In this document: piece by piece, positions 48,801 through 56,167 of the stretch
Layout of the letters: each line of letters starts with the position of its first letter
Numbering within the stretch: the first letter of the stretch is position 1
From: a bacterium
GTDB lineage: Bacteria; Patescibacteriota; Dojkabacteria; JAKAPS01; JAJZLI01
Length of the DNA stretch: 56,167 nt
Direction: 5' to 3'
Assembly (NCBI GenBank): GCA_021791275.1
Contig: JAJYWX010000028.1
Coordinates: forward strand, 11,582 to 67,748
Translations under genes and position numbers: made by a program
The notes under the pieces: model-generated
Told to the model about the DNA's origin: nothing
Seen by the model: only the letters and a program-made list of their open reading frames with translations
Databases searched by the model: none

Positions 48801-51800
48801 GGAGGACTGGGTACATGGAATAGTACGACATCACTACCTACAGCAGAGAGTGGAATAAGTGTAGTAGAGAGTGGAGGATATATATATGTAATAGGAGGAA
48901 ATGATGGTATTGGAGATGTAAATTCTGTATATTATTCCCAGATACAAAGTGGAGGAGGATTAGGATCATGGAATAGTACGACATTACTACCTAATAGTGT
49001 AGAGAATGTAGGGAGTGTAGAGTATGGAGGTAATATATATATATTAGGAGGAAATAACGGTACGAGTTATACAGGAGATGTATATTATGCGCCGATAAAT
49101 GGTAATGGATCATTAGGAGGTTGGACATCTACGACAGCACTACCTGTGAGTATGTCTGGGGTAGGAGTAGTAGAGTATGGAGGATATATATATGTAGTAG
49201 GAGGGTACAACGGTAGTGTAAATGAGAGTAGTGTATATTCGTCACAGATTGGAAGTAATGGAGTATTGGGATCATGGGAGAGTACGACATCATTACCTAC
49301 ACAGGTATCAGGAGAGGCAGTTACATCATATGGAGGTAATTTATATGTTGCTGGTGTGGGATCTTCAAATGTATATTTTGCAACTTTCAATACAGATGGA
49401 ACAATATCTAATTTTAGCATTACAAGTTCTCTTCCATCTTCTTATTCTGGAGGTAGTATTTTTGAAAATGATGGATATATGTACTATTTGGGAGAAGGAA
49501 ATGTTTCTTCTGCTGCAGTATCAAATGCTGATTTATCTGGTAATAATAACACACTTACACAGACATCTGTTTCAGTATCTAACTCCTCTCCTATAACAGG
49601 ATCAGATAGTTCAGCATACTTTAATGGACAGAATTCATATATGGTCCCTCCTAATAATCTAAATAACCAGTCCATATCAACAGTATCTACAGTATCATTG
49701 TGGTTTAAGACTACATCAGATGGAGGATTATGGGGAACATCAAATAGTGCACCATTTAACTCTAGTAGTAGCTATACACCAGCTCTATATGTAGGGACTA
49801 CGGGACTTTTGCAAGGTTTGTATTACAATGGAGGTACGAATACAATAAACTCATCATCCCCTGTCAATAATGGAGTCTGGCATAACGCTGTTATAGTGGC
49901 TGATGGTAATACTCAGTCAATTTATTTGGATGGTTCATTAGTTGGAACGGCATCAGGAGTAAATGCACAGAATGACCCATATGAGACTTTAGGCATTGTA
50001 GATGCTAATGGTTGGCCTAATAGCTTTAATTCAAATAATGGGTGGTTTCCTTTTAATGGAGATATAGCAGATGTATCACTATTTAATACGGCATTAACCT
50101 CATCTCAGATAAGTAGCCTTTATTCAGATACCACATCTCAGAGTACGTATAACTCTGGTGTATTATCTTTATCTCCTGTAGGTTTTTGGGAACTTTCAAA
50201 AGATAAAGGAACTAATGTCTATTATTCACAGATTGGAAATGGAGTTAATATTGGAAGTAATAATCAAAATAATATATCTTTAAATACAGTTGGAGATATT
50301 ACTCTTAATAATGCAGGTCTTATATCTGCAGGTGGAGAGACTATAAATGGTAATCTAAATGTGGTGGGAATCTCTACTCCTACTGGATTACAGCTATCAT
50401 CATCAGTTATAGGAGGTAATCTAACTCCAGGTACTTACGGTTACCAGGTAGTAGCAGTAGGAGCTCAAGGAGAAAGTTTAGCTACCCAATCGATACAGGT
50501 ATCTACATCTGCTATCTCTTCGCCTACAGGATTAACAGCAACAGTAGGGACATCGGGTACAGTAGGAGCAGATTTAGCTGCATCCACAACATACTATTAT
50601 GAAGTAACGGCAACAACACCAAACGGAGAGACTACACCATCAGCTCAGGTATCAGCAGTAGAGGGAACAACCGCATATCCAATAACACTTACATGGAGTG
50701 CAGTGTCAGGAGCGACAGGGTATAACATATATAAGGGAACTACATCTGGGTCGGATTACTTTTTAGCATCAGTTACTAGTACGAGTTATACTGATTCGGG
50801 ATCAGTAGCGACAACGAGTACAACCCCACCTAGCAGTGATACAGCGACGACGAATACGAATAGTATATCTGTAGCATGGAATCCTGTAGAGAATGCGATA
50901 GGGTATAAGGTATACAGGGAGAATTTGACTAGTTTTGCTATTAATAGTACATCTGATCTGAATCCACCTGTAGGACTTACTGCTACATTAACAACTACTG
51001 CATCATCAGGATCAGATTTAGCTGCATCAACAACATATTATTATGAAGTGACAGGAATATCTGCCAGTTCTAATGGGGAGACCACAGTTTCAAATCAGGC
51101 ATCTGTAACTGAGGGTACAACTGCATACCAGGTGAGTCTTTCTTGGTATTCAGATGGAGCCAATAGTTATCGTATATATAAATCTACTACGTCTGGAGGG
51201 GAAGGTTATCTTGCTCAAGTCTCTAGTACAGTTTGTGTTAATGGAGTCTGTACATTTACAGATACAGGATCTGATCCAATTGAACAAAATATAACATATT
51301 GGGATAATACTACTTCATTACCTAATGCAATAAGTAATGAGATATCATTAGAATATGGAGGATATGCATATATAATTGGTGGAGGATCATCTTCTACATA
51401 TTATGCACCAATCAATTCGAATGGGACAATAGGTACGTGGACGAGTACTACACCTTTTCCAGTTACGGGGCAGAATTATGGTACTGGTGTTGAATACAAT
51501 GGTTATATTTATGTATTGGGAGGCTCTAACAGCAGTGCAGGACAGTCGAATAATGTTTATTATGCACCGATCAATACAAATGGGACAATAGGTACATGGA
51601 CAGCTACAACAGTATTGCCGTATTCAGTTCAGAGTATATCTGCAGTGGAATATGGTGGGTATATGTATATATTTGGGGGGTTAAATGGGAATTTCCAAAC
51701 GAGTAGTGTATATTCATCTTTGATAGGTTCTACTGGGGCTTTAGGTTCTTGGAGTGCAGAGACATCGTTACCTGTTACCTTGGGATATTCTACTGCATTT

Positions 51801-54800
51801 GAGAATAATGGTTATGTATATATGTTTGGAGGTGGAAATGTTGAGAATTGTTGTGGTATTGATTCTGCTGTATCTACGGTATATTATGCGCAGTTAGGCA
51901 GTGGGGGTACATTAGGAATGTGGCAGTCAGCAACATCGTTACCAACCTCATTATGGTTAGCATCGTCATTTGAGTATAATGGATATGCATATGTAGTTGG
52001 TGGACAGAATAATCCTAATTTTGGTGCTGGTAGTGTAAATACAGTATATTATGCTGCGATAAATACAAACGGTACACTGGGTGAATGGTATACAGATTCG
52101 GCTTATTTGCCAGAGGATATTGGATCTGCAGGAGCATTTGAATACAATGGATATGCATATGTATTTGGGGGAAGTAATAATGGTACAAGTTATAATAATG
52201 TCTTGTATTGGGCAATATCATCGGTTGCTCAAATACAAAATTATGTCCAAACGTCTATTCCTTCTGGTACAGATACCTCTGTAAGTGTTGAGTATAATGG
52301 ATACTTATATGAGGTTGGAGGGTATACCTCCTCTGGGGAAACTGCTAATGTATATTATGCACCGATCAATACAAATGGGACAATAGGTACATGGACAGCT
52401 ACAACATCACTCCCTGTGAGTTTACACTACTCTACAGGAGTAGCATATAATGGATACATATATACATTCGGAGGGTATAGTAATTCAGCGGGCAATTCTA
52501 TAAGTACAGTCTATTATGCACCAATCAATTCGAATGGGACTATAGGTGTATGGTCTACAACAACGGCTCTCCCCTATGCAGATTATGAATTGTCTTCTGT
52601 TGAATATGATGGATATGTATATATCTTGGGGGGAAATGAGGCTAATGTTGGAACAGTAGCAGGGGTCTATTATGCACCGATCAATACAAATGGGACAATA
52701 GGTACATGGACAGCAACTACATCTCTGTCTCAAAATATACAATGGGCTACAAGTGTTGAATATAATGGGTATATATATGAAATAGGTGGAAGTAACAATG
52801 GTAATGCAGATTTATCAGCAGTTTATTATGATACAATAAGTACAACAGGTGGATTAGGTTCTACATGGACGGTAACCACATCCCTCCCTCAAAATATAGA
52901 TAATTCTGTGAGTGTTGCATATAACGGGTATATATATGAAATAGGGGGGTATAATGGAAGTTCATATTTAAGCATAATTTATTATTCTCAAATACAAACT
53001 AACGGAACATTGGGATCTTGGAATCCAGAAGTATCATTTTTACCTCAGGGAGGTATAGATGGTGCATCTGGAGTAGAATATGGAGGGAGTTTGTTTTATA
53101 TAGGAGGATATAATGGATCTTATCTGTCAGAAGTTTATTCTTGGCCAATTAACAATTATTATGTAACAAGTCCTTTTGGAATAAATGATTCCGCAACTAA
53201 TTTACCTGAAAGTATCTACGAGGCCTCTTCTGTGACATATAATGGGTATATATATGAGATAGGAGGGCAAGATGGTAATGGGAATAATCTTGTCTTTTAT
53301 TCCAAAATTAAATCTAATGGAGGTATATCAGGGTGGAATCAAACCACCCCTTTACCTCAAGGAATATATCAAGCTAAAGCTATAGTTTATGGAGGATATA
53401 TATATGAAATGGGGGGGTGTGGTAGTGCAGGTGATTGTGCTACAAACCTAATATATTATTCGCAAATTCAAAATGATGGAACCCTAGGCACATGGAACAC
53501 TTCTTCTACCTCTTTGCCTTTAAGTATAACTCACTTTATGTTGGTGGAATATAACGGGTACGTATATATAATGGGAGGAAATAATGGTGGGACAATATAT
53601 TCATCTATATATTATAGTGAGATACAAGGTGCAGGAGAATTCTCACAATGGCAATCAGCTATATCCCTTCCCTCTGGTATAAATATGAGATCTGCTGCTG
53701 TAGAATACAATGGTTATATATATTTGATGGGGGGAGATAACGGTAGTACAATAGTAAATAATGTATATTATACGCAGATACAAAATGGAGGATCATTGGG
53801 AAGTTGGAATTCAACAACATCTTTACCCCAATCAATTGATAGGAATACAGCAGTAGCTTATAATGGATATATATTTGAAATCGGAGGTTATAATGGGAAC
53901 TATACTTCAAATGTGTATTATTCAGAAATTCAATCGGATGGGTCATTAGGTAGTTGGGGACAAAGTGCTTCTCTTCCTACTGCAGAGGATCATATGGCGA
54001 GTGTTGAAAGTGGTGGTTATGTATATGTATTAGGGGGATATAATGGGTCATCTGCTTTAAATAGTGTTTATTCTTTTGAACTAATTCCATATTCTTATAA
54101 TATATCATCTGGGATGCAAACAAGCTTTTTTGATAGTGGAGGGAGTACATATAAGTTGGAATCTCCTACAACAATAACCCCCAGCGGAGGTACTGGTATA
54201 TTTAATGGAAATTTAATTGCAGATTCGGGATTGCAAACGGATTCTAGTGCACAACTTTGTGCAAGTTCTTGTAACACCGGACTTTCAACCTTGGATAATA
54301 ATTTCTACTTAATCAATGATACTTCTCCAAGTGGAAATTTCATTTTCAAGGCAGATTCTTATAATGGGATAAATTCTGGTAATAATATAACATATTGGGA
54401 TAATACTACTTCATTACCTAATGCAATAAGTAATGAGATATCATTAGAATATGGAGGATATGCATATATAATTGGTGGAGGATCATCTTCTACATATTAT
54501 GCACCAATCAATTCGAATGGGACAATAGGTACGTGGACGAGTACTACACCTTTTCCAGTTACGGGGCAGAATTATGGTACTGGTGTTGAATACAATGGTT
54601 ATATTTATGTATTGGGAGGCTCTAACAGCAGTGCAGGACAGTCGAATAATGTTTATTATGCACCGATCAATACAAATGGGACAATAGGTACATGGACAGC
54701 TACAACAGTATTGCCGTATTCAGTTCAGAGTATATCTGCAGTGGAATATGGTGGGTATATGTATATATTTGGGGGGTTAAATGGGAATTTCCAAACGAGT

Positions 54801-56167
54801 AGTGTATATTCATCTTTGATAGGTTCTACTGGGGCTTTAGGTTCTTGGAGTGCAGAGACATCGTTACCTGTTACCTTGGGATATTCTACTGCATTTGAGA
54901 ATAATGGTTATGTATATATGTTTGGAGGTGGAAATGTTGAGAATTGTTGTGGTATTGATTCTGCTGTATCTACGGTATATTATGCGCAGTTAGGCAGTGG
55001 GGGTACATTAGGAATGTGGCAGTCAGCAACATCGTTACCAACCTCATTATGGTTAGCATCGTCATTTGAGTATAATGGATATGCATATGTAGTTGGTGGA
55101 CAGAATAATCCTAATTTTGGTGCTGGTAGTGTAAATACAGTATATTATGCTGCGATAAATACAAACGGTACACTGGGTGAATGGTATACAGATTCGGCTT
55201 ATTTGCCAGAGGATATTGGATCTGCAGGAGCATTTGAATACAATGGATATGCATATGTATTTGGGGGAAGTAATAATGGTACAAGTTATAATAATGTCTT
55301 GTATGCCTTATTACAATCTCCTCCTGCATCTATACAAAACATCGCAACGTTGACAAATGAAGGTGTTTTTAGTACTAATACTCTAACTGCAGTAAATTCT
55401 GTAAACGGGGGAACACTTAATTCTTCAGGTGGGAATCTGAATCTTCAAAATACTCAATCAGATAATATAAACTCTTCTGGAGTCCTTAATCTGAATTCTT
55501 CAGGTGGAATGAATATAAATCCTTCTGGGTTAATTAATATAAATCTTCCTAGTGATCAAAATATTCAATTAGGTAATTTTGTAAATCAGGGTTCGATGCC
55601 ACTTGCTGTTGGATGTGGGGGTAATTGTAGCTCACTTTCATCAATAAGTGGGTCTTTATCGGTAGTAAAGTATAATGGGTTTGTTTATAACGTAGGGGGA
55701 GATGGTTCTATAAATGTATATTATGGAGAATTAAGCTTTGAAAATAATATTTCAAATTGGCAACAAACAACATCATTGCCTTCACAAGCTTCATATCCAG
55801 TAACAATAGCATATGATGGTTATATCTATGCTATTAGTAGTGCTGCTAGTGGAACTTTATCATCATCTGTTTATTATTCACAAATTCAATCTAACGGGGC
55901 ATTGGGTTCTTGGATATCTACTACTTCTTTACCTTTAGCACTAACAAATACTGGTGCAGTAGAGTATAATGGATACATTTATACAATTGGTGGTTGTGAT
56001 AGTTCAAGTGGATGTAGTGGTAGCACCCTTATTCCAACAGTTTATTACGCACAAATACAGTCAAATGGAACCATAGGGAGCTGGTCTACAACTTCATCTT
56101 TACCAGTCAGTTTATATGAAGATGCAGGGACAGTTTTGGCATATAATGGATATATTTATTCTATAGG
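45843..56167 (+). CDS. giant secreted/surface modular protein, 3'-truncated by the window (more than 3,441 aa): signal peptide, beta-rich N-domain, FN3-like modules, LamG-like domain, about 40 Kelch-like blades
   Basis: I translated the frame starting at ATG 45843 codon by codon to nt 56167 and met no stop. The track omits it because it has no in-window stop. The N-terminus is MHNLRRFLSILAFSALSLFLFSFGGKIYA/AP. The recurring blade motif is V-Y-Y-A-x-I-x-x-N-G-x-L-G-x-W...L-P...V-E-Y-N-G-Y-I-Y-x-x-G-G. Confidence 0.9.
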   Translation, partial: MHNLRRFLSILAFSALSLFLFSFGGKIYAAPASLLNYQGRLENAQGDLLTGNYYIAFCIYNSTTATACAPGSTPTPGAMSTAGTSSGTLNGALWGEVQYFSNTNTPSNEISNGVFNAQLGEYSPITGSLFQGSSNYYIGFNVYNGTGWDGQMTPLQPIDQVAYAMNSALLQGFSPSQTPGANQVVVTNGSGDITLGATNPQINATGTNSLTLNGGGGTGNIQFFNSSNYINSSGDLNLLGGGTFGGNITLTGVNPQVDATGSNDLILNNGSTGDVCFNTCSNYVTSSGNITLVGTGVNNINGNTILTEADLNISGLYQVTGLVVVSTAQTGGTIAAGTYYYQVVAQNSSGVSFPSQEISVSLPPISSPTGLTATVGTSGTVGSDLAASTTYYYEVTATTPNGETTPSAQVSAVEGTTAYPITLTWSAVAGATGYNIYKGTVSGSDYFLASVGSTSSSYTDSGSVATTSTTPPSTNTATTNTNTISLSWNTDVGATSYIIYRSSDSDFSPSYSQTTTSTTFTDTGGGVVVTSPETASSIAQTGGGNLNLSNNETLGGGSLSLNNSSGNIINSNSSLGIDVGSSAANIGDLQSTTALPGGGTGSVKIVYNGYMYNISGNHGNCGSYCEEENVYYAQIQSNGSVGTWENTTPYPIYVENLSAVEYGGYIYAYGGLMSGVSSTNAVYSAKINSDGTLGQWVQQNSLPGSLSSAVYFEYNGYIYDIAGSINGIDHNSQGYYAQIVSGGVLGNWKTLTANSPVDANQGFEYRGYAYVSAGTNVYYGQILSNGDIQSWTVTTSLPSNSSSVWLGDYGGYAYSLSQNNSPSYYSQIQPNGSLGSWNELSITLPYVNGEFGYQNALFSNGYIYVVGIGGINNLSYAPVGNSNINIGNSLSLSSSGDIISSGNGSFSGGSLNLSNTSSNNINSSSPLNISTYNTNPSLQSWNPTSLLPAAVSGGGSVEYGGYVYDIGGETGRSAVSSVYYAQIQSGGGLGTWNSTTSLPTAESGISVVESGGYIYVIGGNDGIGDVNSVYYSQIQSGGGLGSWNSTTLLPNSVENVGSVEYGGNIYILGGNNGTSYTGDVYYAPINGNGSLGGWTSTTALPVSMSGVGVVEYGGYIYVVGGYNGSVNESSVYSSQIGSNGVLGSWESTTSLPTQVSGEAVTSYGGNLYVAGVGSSNVYFATFNTDGTISNFSITSSLPSSYSGGSIFENDGYMYYLGEGNVSSAAVSNADLSGNNNTLTQTSVSVSNSSPITGSDSSAYFNGQNSYMVPPNNLNNQSISTVSTVSLWFKTTSDGGLWGTSNSAPFNSSSSYTPALYVGTTGLLQGLYYNGGTNTINSSSPVNNGVWHNAVIVADGNTQSIYLDGSLVGTASGVNAQNDPYETLGIVDANGWPNSFNSNNGWFPFNGDIADVSLFNTALTSSQISSLYSDTTSQSTYNSGVLSLSPVGFWELSKDKGTNVYYSQIGNGVNIGSNNQNNISLNTVGDITLNNAGLISAGGETINGNLNVVGISTPTGLQLSSSVIGGNLTPGTYGYQVVAVGAQGESLATQSIQVSTSAISSPTGLTATVGTSGTVGADLAASTTYYYEVTATTPNGETTPSAQVSAVEGTTAYPITLTWSAVSGATGYNIYKGTTSGSDYFLASVTSTSYTDSGSVATTSTTPPSSDTATTNTNSISVAWNPVENAIGYKVYRENLTSFAINSTSDLNPPVGLTATLTTTASSGSDLAASTTYYYEVTGISASSNGETTVSNQASVTEGTTAYQVSLSWYSDGANSYRIYKSTTSGGEGYLAQVSSTVCVNGVCTFTDTGSDPIEQNITYWDNTTSLPNAISNEISLEYGGYAYIIGGGSSSTYYAPINSNGTIGTWTSTTPFPVTGQNYGTGVEYNGYIYVLGGSNSSAGQSNNVYYAPINTNGTIGTWTATTVLPYSVQSISAVEYGGYMYIFGGLNGNFQTSSVYSSLIGSTGALGSWSAETSLPVTLGYSTAFENNGYVYMFGGGNVENCCGIDSAVSTVYYAQLGSGGTLGMWQSATSLPTSLWLASSFEYNGYAYVVGGQNNPNFGAGSVNTVYYAAINTNGTLGEWYTDSAYLPEDIGSAGAFEYNGYAYVFGGSNNGTSYNNVLYWAISSVAQIQNYVQTSIPSGTDTSVSVEYNGYLYEVGGYTSSGETANVYYAPINTNGTIGTWTATTSLPVSLHYSTGVAYNGYIYTFGGYSNSAGNSISTVYYAPINSNGTIGVWSTTTALPYADYELSSVEYDGYVYILGGNEANVGTVAGVYYAPINTNGTIGTWTATTSLSQNIQWATSVEYNGYIYEIGGSNNGNADLSAVYYDTISTTGGLGSTWTVTTSLPQNIDNSVSVAYNGYIYEIGGYNGSSYLSIIYYSQIQTNGTLGSWNPEVSFLPQGGIDGASGVEYGGSLFYIGGYNGSYLSEVYSWPINNYYVTSPFGINDSATNLPESIYEASSVTYNGYIYEIGGQDGNGNNLVFYSKIKSNGGISGWNQTTPLPQGIYQAKAIVYGGYIYEMGGCGSAGDCATNLIYYSQIQNDGTLGTWNTSSTSLPLSITHFMLVEYNGYVYIMGGNNGGTIYSSIYYSEIQGAGEFSQWQSAISLPSGINMRSAAVEYNGYIYLMGGDNGSTIVNNVYYTQIQNGGSLGSWNSTTSLPQSIDRNTAVAYNGYIFEIGGYNGNYTSNVYYSEIQSDGSLGSWGQSASLPTAEDHMASVESGGYVYVLGGYNGSSALNSVYSFELIPYSYNISSGMQTSFFDSGGSTYKLESPTTITPSGGTGIFNGNLIADSGLQTDSSAQLCASSCNTGLSTLDNNFYLINDTSPSGNFIFKADSYNGINSGNNITYWDNTTSLPNAISNEISLEYGGYAYIIGGGSSSTYYAPINSNGTIGTWTSTTPFPVTGQNYGTGVEYNGYIYVLGGSNSSAGQSNNVYYAPINTNGTIGTWTATTVLPYSVQSISAVEYGGYMYIFGGLNGNFQTSSVYSSLIGSTGALGSWSAETSLPVTLGYSTAFENNGYVYMFGGGNVENCCGIDSAVSTVYYAQLGSGGTLGMWQSATSLPTSLWLASSFEYNGYAYVVGGQNNPNFGAGSVNTVYYAAINTNGTLGEWYTDSAYLPEDIGSAGAFEYNGYAYVFGGSNNGTSYNNVLYALLQSPPASIQNIATLTNEGVFSTNTLTAVNSVNGGTLNSSGGNLNLQNTQSDNINSSGVLNLNSSGGMNINPSGLININLPSDQNIQLGNFVNQGSMPLAVGCGGNCSSLSSISGSLSVVKYNGFVYNVGGDGSINVYYGELSFENNISNWQQTTSLPSQASYPVTIAYDGYIYAISSAASGTLSSSVYYSQIQSNGALGSWISTTSLPLALTNTGAVEYNGYIYTIGGCDSSSGCSGSTLIPTVYYAQIQSNGTIGSWSTTSSLPVSLYEDAGTVLAYNGYIYSI
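46944..47310 (+). repeat. FN3-like module pair, copy 1 (diverged duplicate of 50523-50883)
   Basis: PTGLTATVGTSGTVGSDLAASTTYYYEVTATTPNGETTPSAQVSAVEGTTAYPITLTWSAVAGATGYNIYKG... recurs about 3579 nt downstream with scattered substitutions and a 2-codon indel. Confidence 0.8.
50523..50883 (+). repeat. FN3-like module pair, copy 2
   Basis: PTGLTATVGTSGTVGADLAASTTYYYEVTATTPNGETTPSAQVSAVEGTTAYPITLTWSAVSGATGYNIYKG... Confidence 0.8.
51288..52208 (+). repeat. 921-bp intragenic direct repeat, copy 1 (one six-blade unit)
   Basis: The sequence aatataacatattgggataatactact...ataataatgtcttgtat is repeated at 54384-55304. The offset is 3096 nt, which is in frame, and I noticed no mismatch. Confidence 0.9.
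54384..55304 (+). repeat. 921-bp intragenic direct repeat, copy 2
   Basis: See copy 1. The identical antisense shadow peptides in track ORFs 52015..52221 and 55111..55329 independently confirm the identity. Confidence 0.9.

Noticed and set aside
45843-56167. The possibility that the right-hand 10 kb is non-coding, a pseudogene with frameshifts, or read with an alternative genetic code, because the track shows no long ORF there
   Set aside because: Careful codon-by-codon reading shows one uninterrupted standard-code frame. The track ORFs listed here (for example 47575.., 48067.., 49222.., 52081.. on plus, and all the minus-strand ones) are out-of-frame shadows with repeat-echo peptides. TGA clearly functions as a stop elsewhere, for example at the ends of the P-type ATPase gene and rplX.

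Overview
AT-rich, very gene-dense bacterial fragment. It uses the standard code: TGA, TAA and TAG all terminate recognisable conserved genes. The layout suggests a CPR/Patescibacteria-like small genome (inference): a tuf + S10/spc ribosomal superoperon with no L30 gene, lysine-rich tails on ribosomal proteins, and many short gene overlaps. From left to right, the window holds the following. (1) A UppP-like gene tail, three minus-strand tRNAs (Ser-UGA, Ser-CGA, Arg-GCG), a P-type ATPase and a PLD-family (HKD) gene. (2) An accessory locus at about 5.2-10.9 kb. It has a 1010-codon gene whose 3' half is 26 exact 63-bp (21-aa) leucine-rich-type repeats. It also has a truncated second copy, and both copies are bracketed by the same 132-bp leader and by repeated copies of the last 260-290 bp of the PLD gene. 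(3) tuf and a near-complete S10/spc operon through secY-adk-map. It is interrupted by a SpoU-type methyltransferase gene between rplX and rplE, and by two antisense histidine-kinase-like membrane genes between secY and adk. (4) A minus-strand housekeeping block: ftsK, ftsA-like, RodZ-like, tatD, metG, an ATP-grasp/retropepsin fusion plus a 7TM partner, and rpoD. A cyclophilin, ogg, a Bpt/ATE-like transferase and membrane proteins are also here. (5) From 45843 to the right edge there is one uninterrupted reading frame of more than 3,441 codons that the supplied ORF track does not list, because it has no stop inside the window. It encodes a signal-peptide-bearing modular giant protein with FN3-like modules, a LamG-like domain and about 40 Kelch-like blades in groups of six. 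One whole six-blade unit is present as a 921-bp duplication with no mismatch noticed. I recognised no rRNA, CRISPR array, transposase, integrase or reverse transcriptase. The two most interesting regions are the LRR cassette locus and the giant surface-protein gene. Repeat boundaries were placed by eye and may be off by a few nt.
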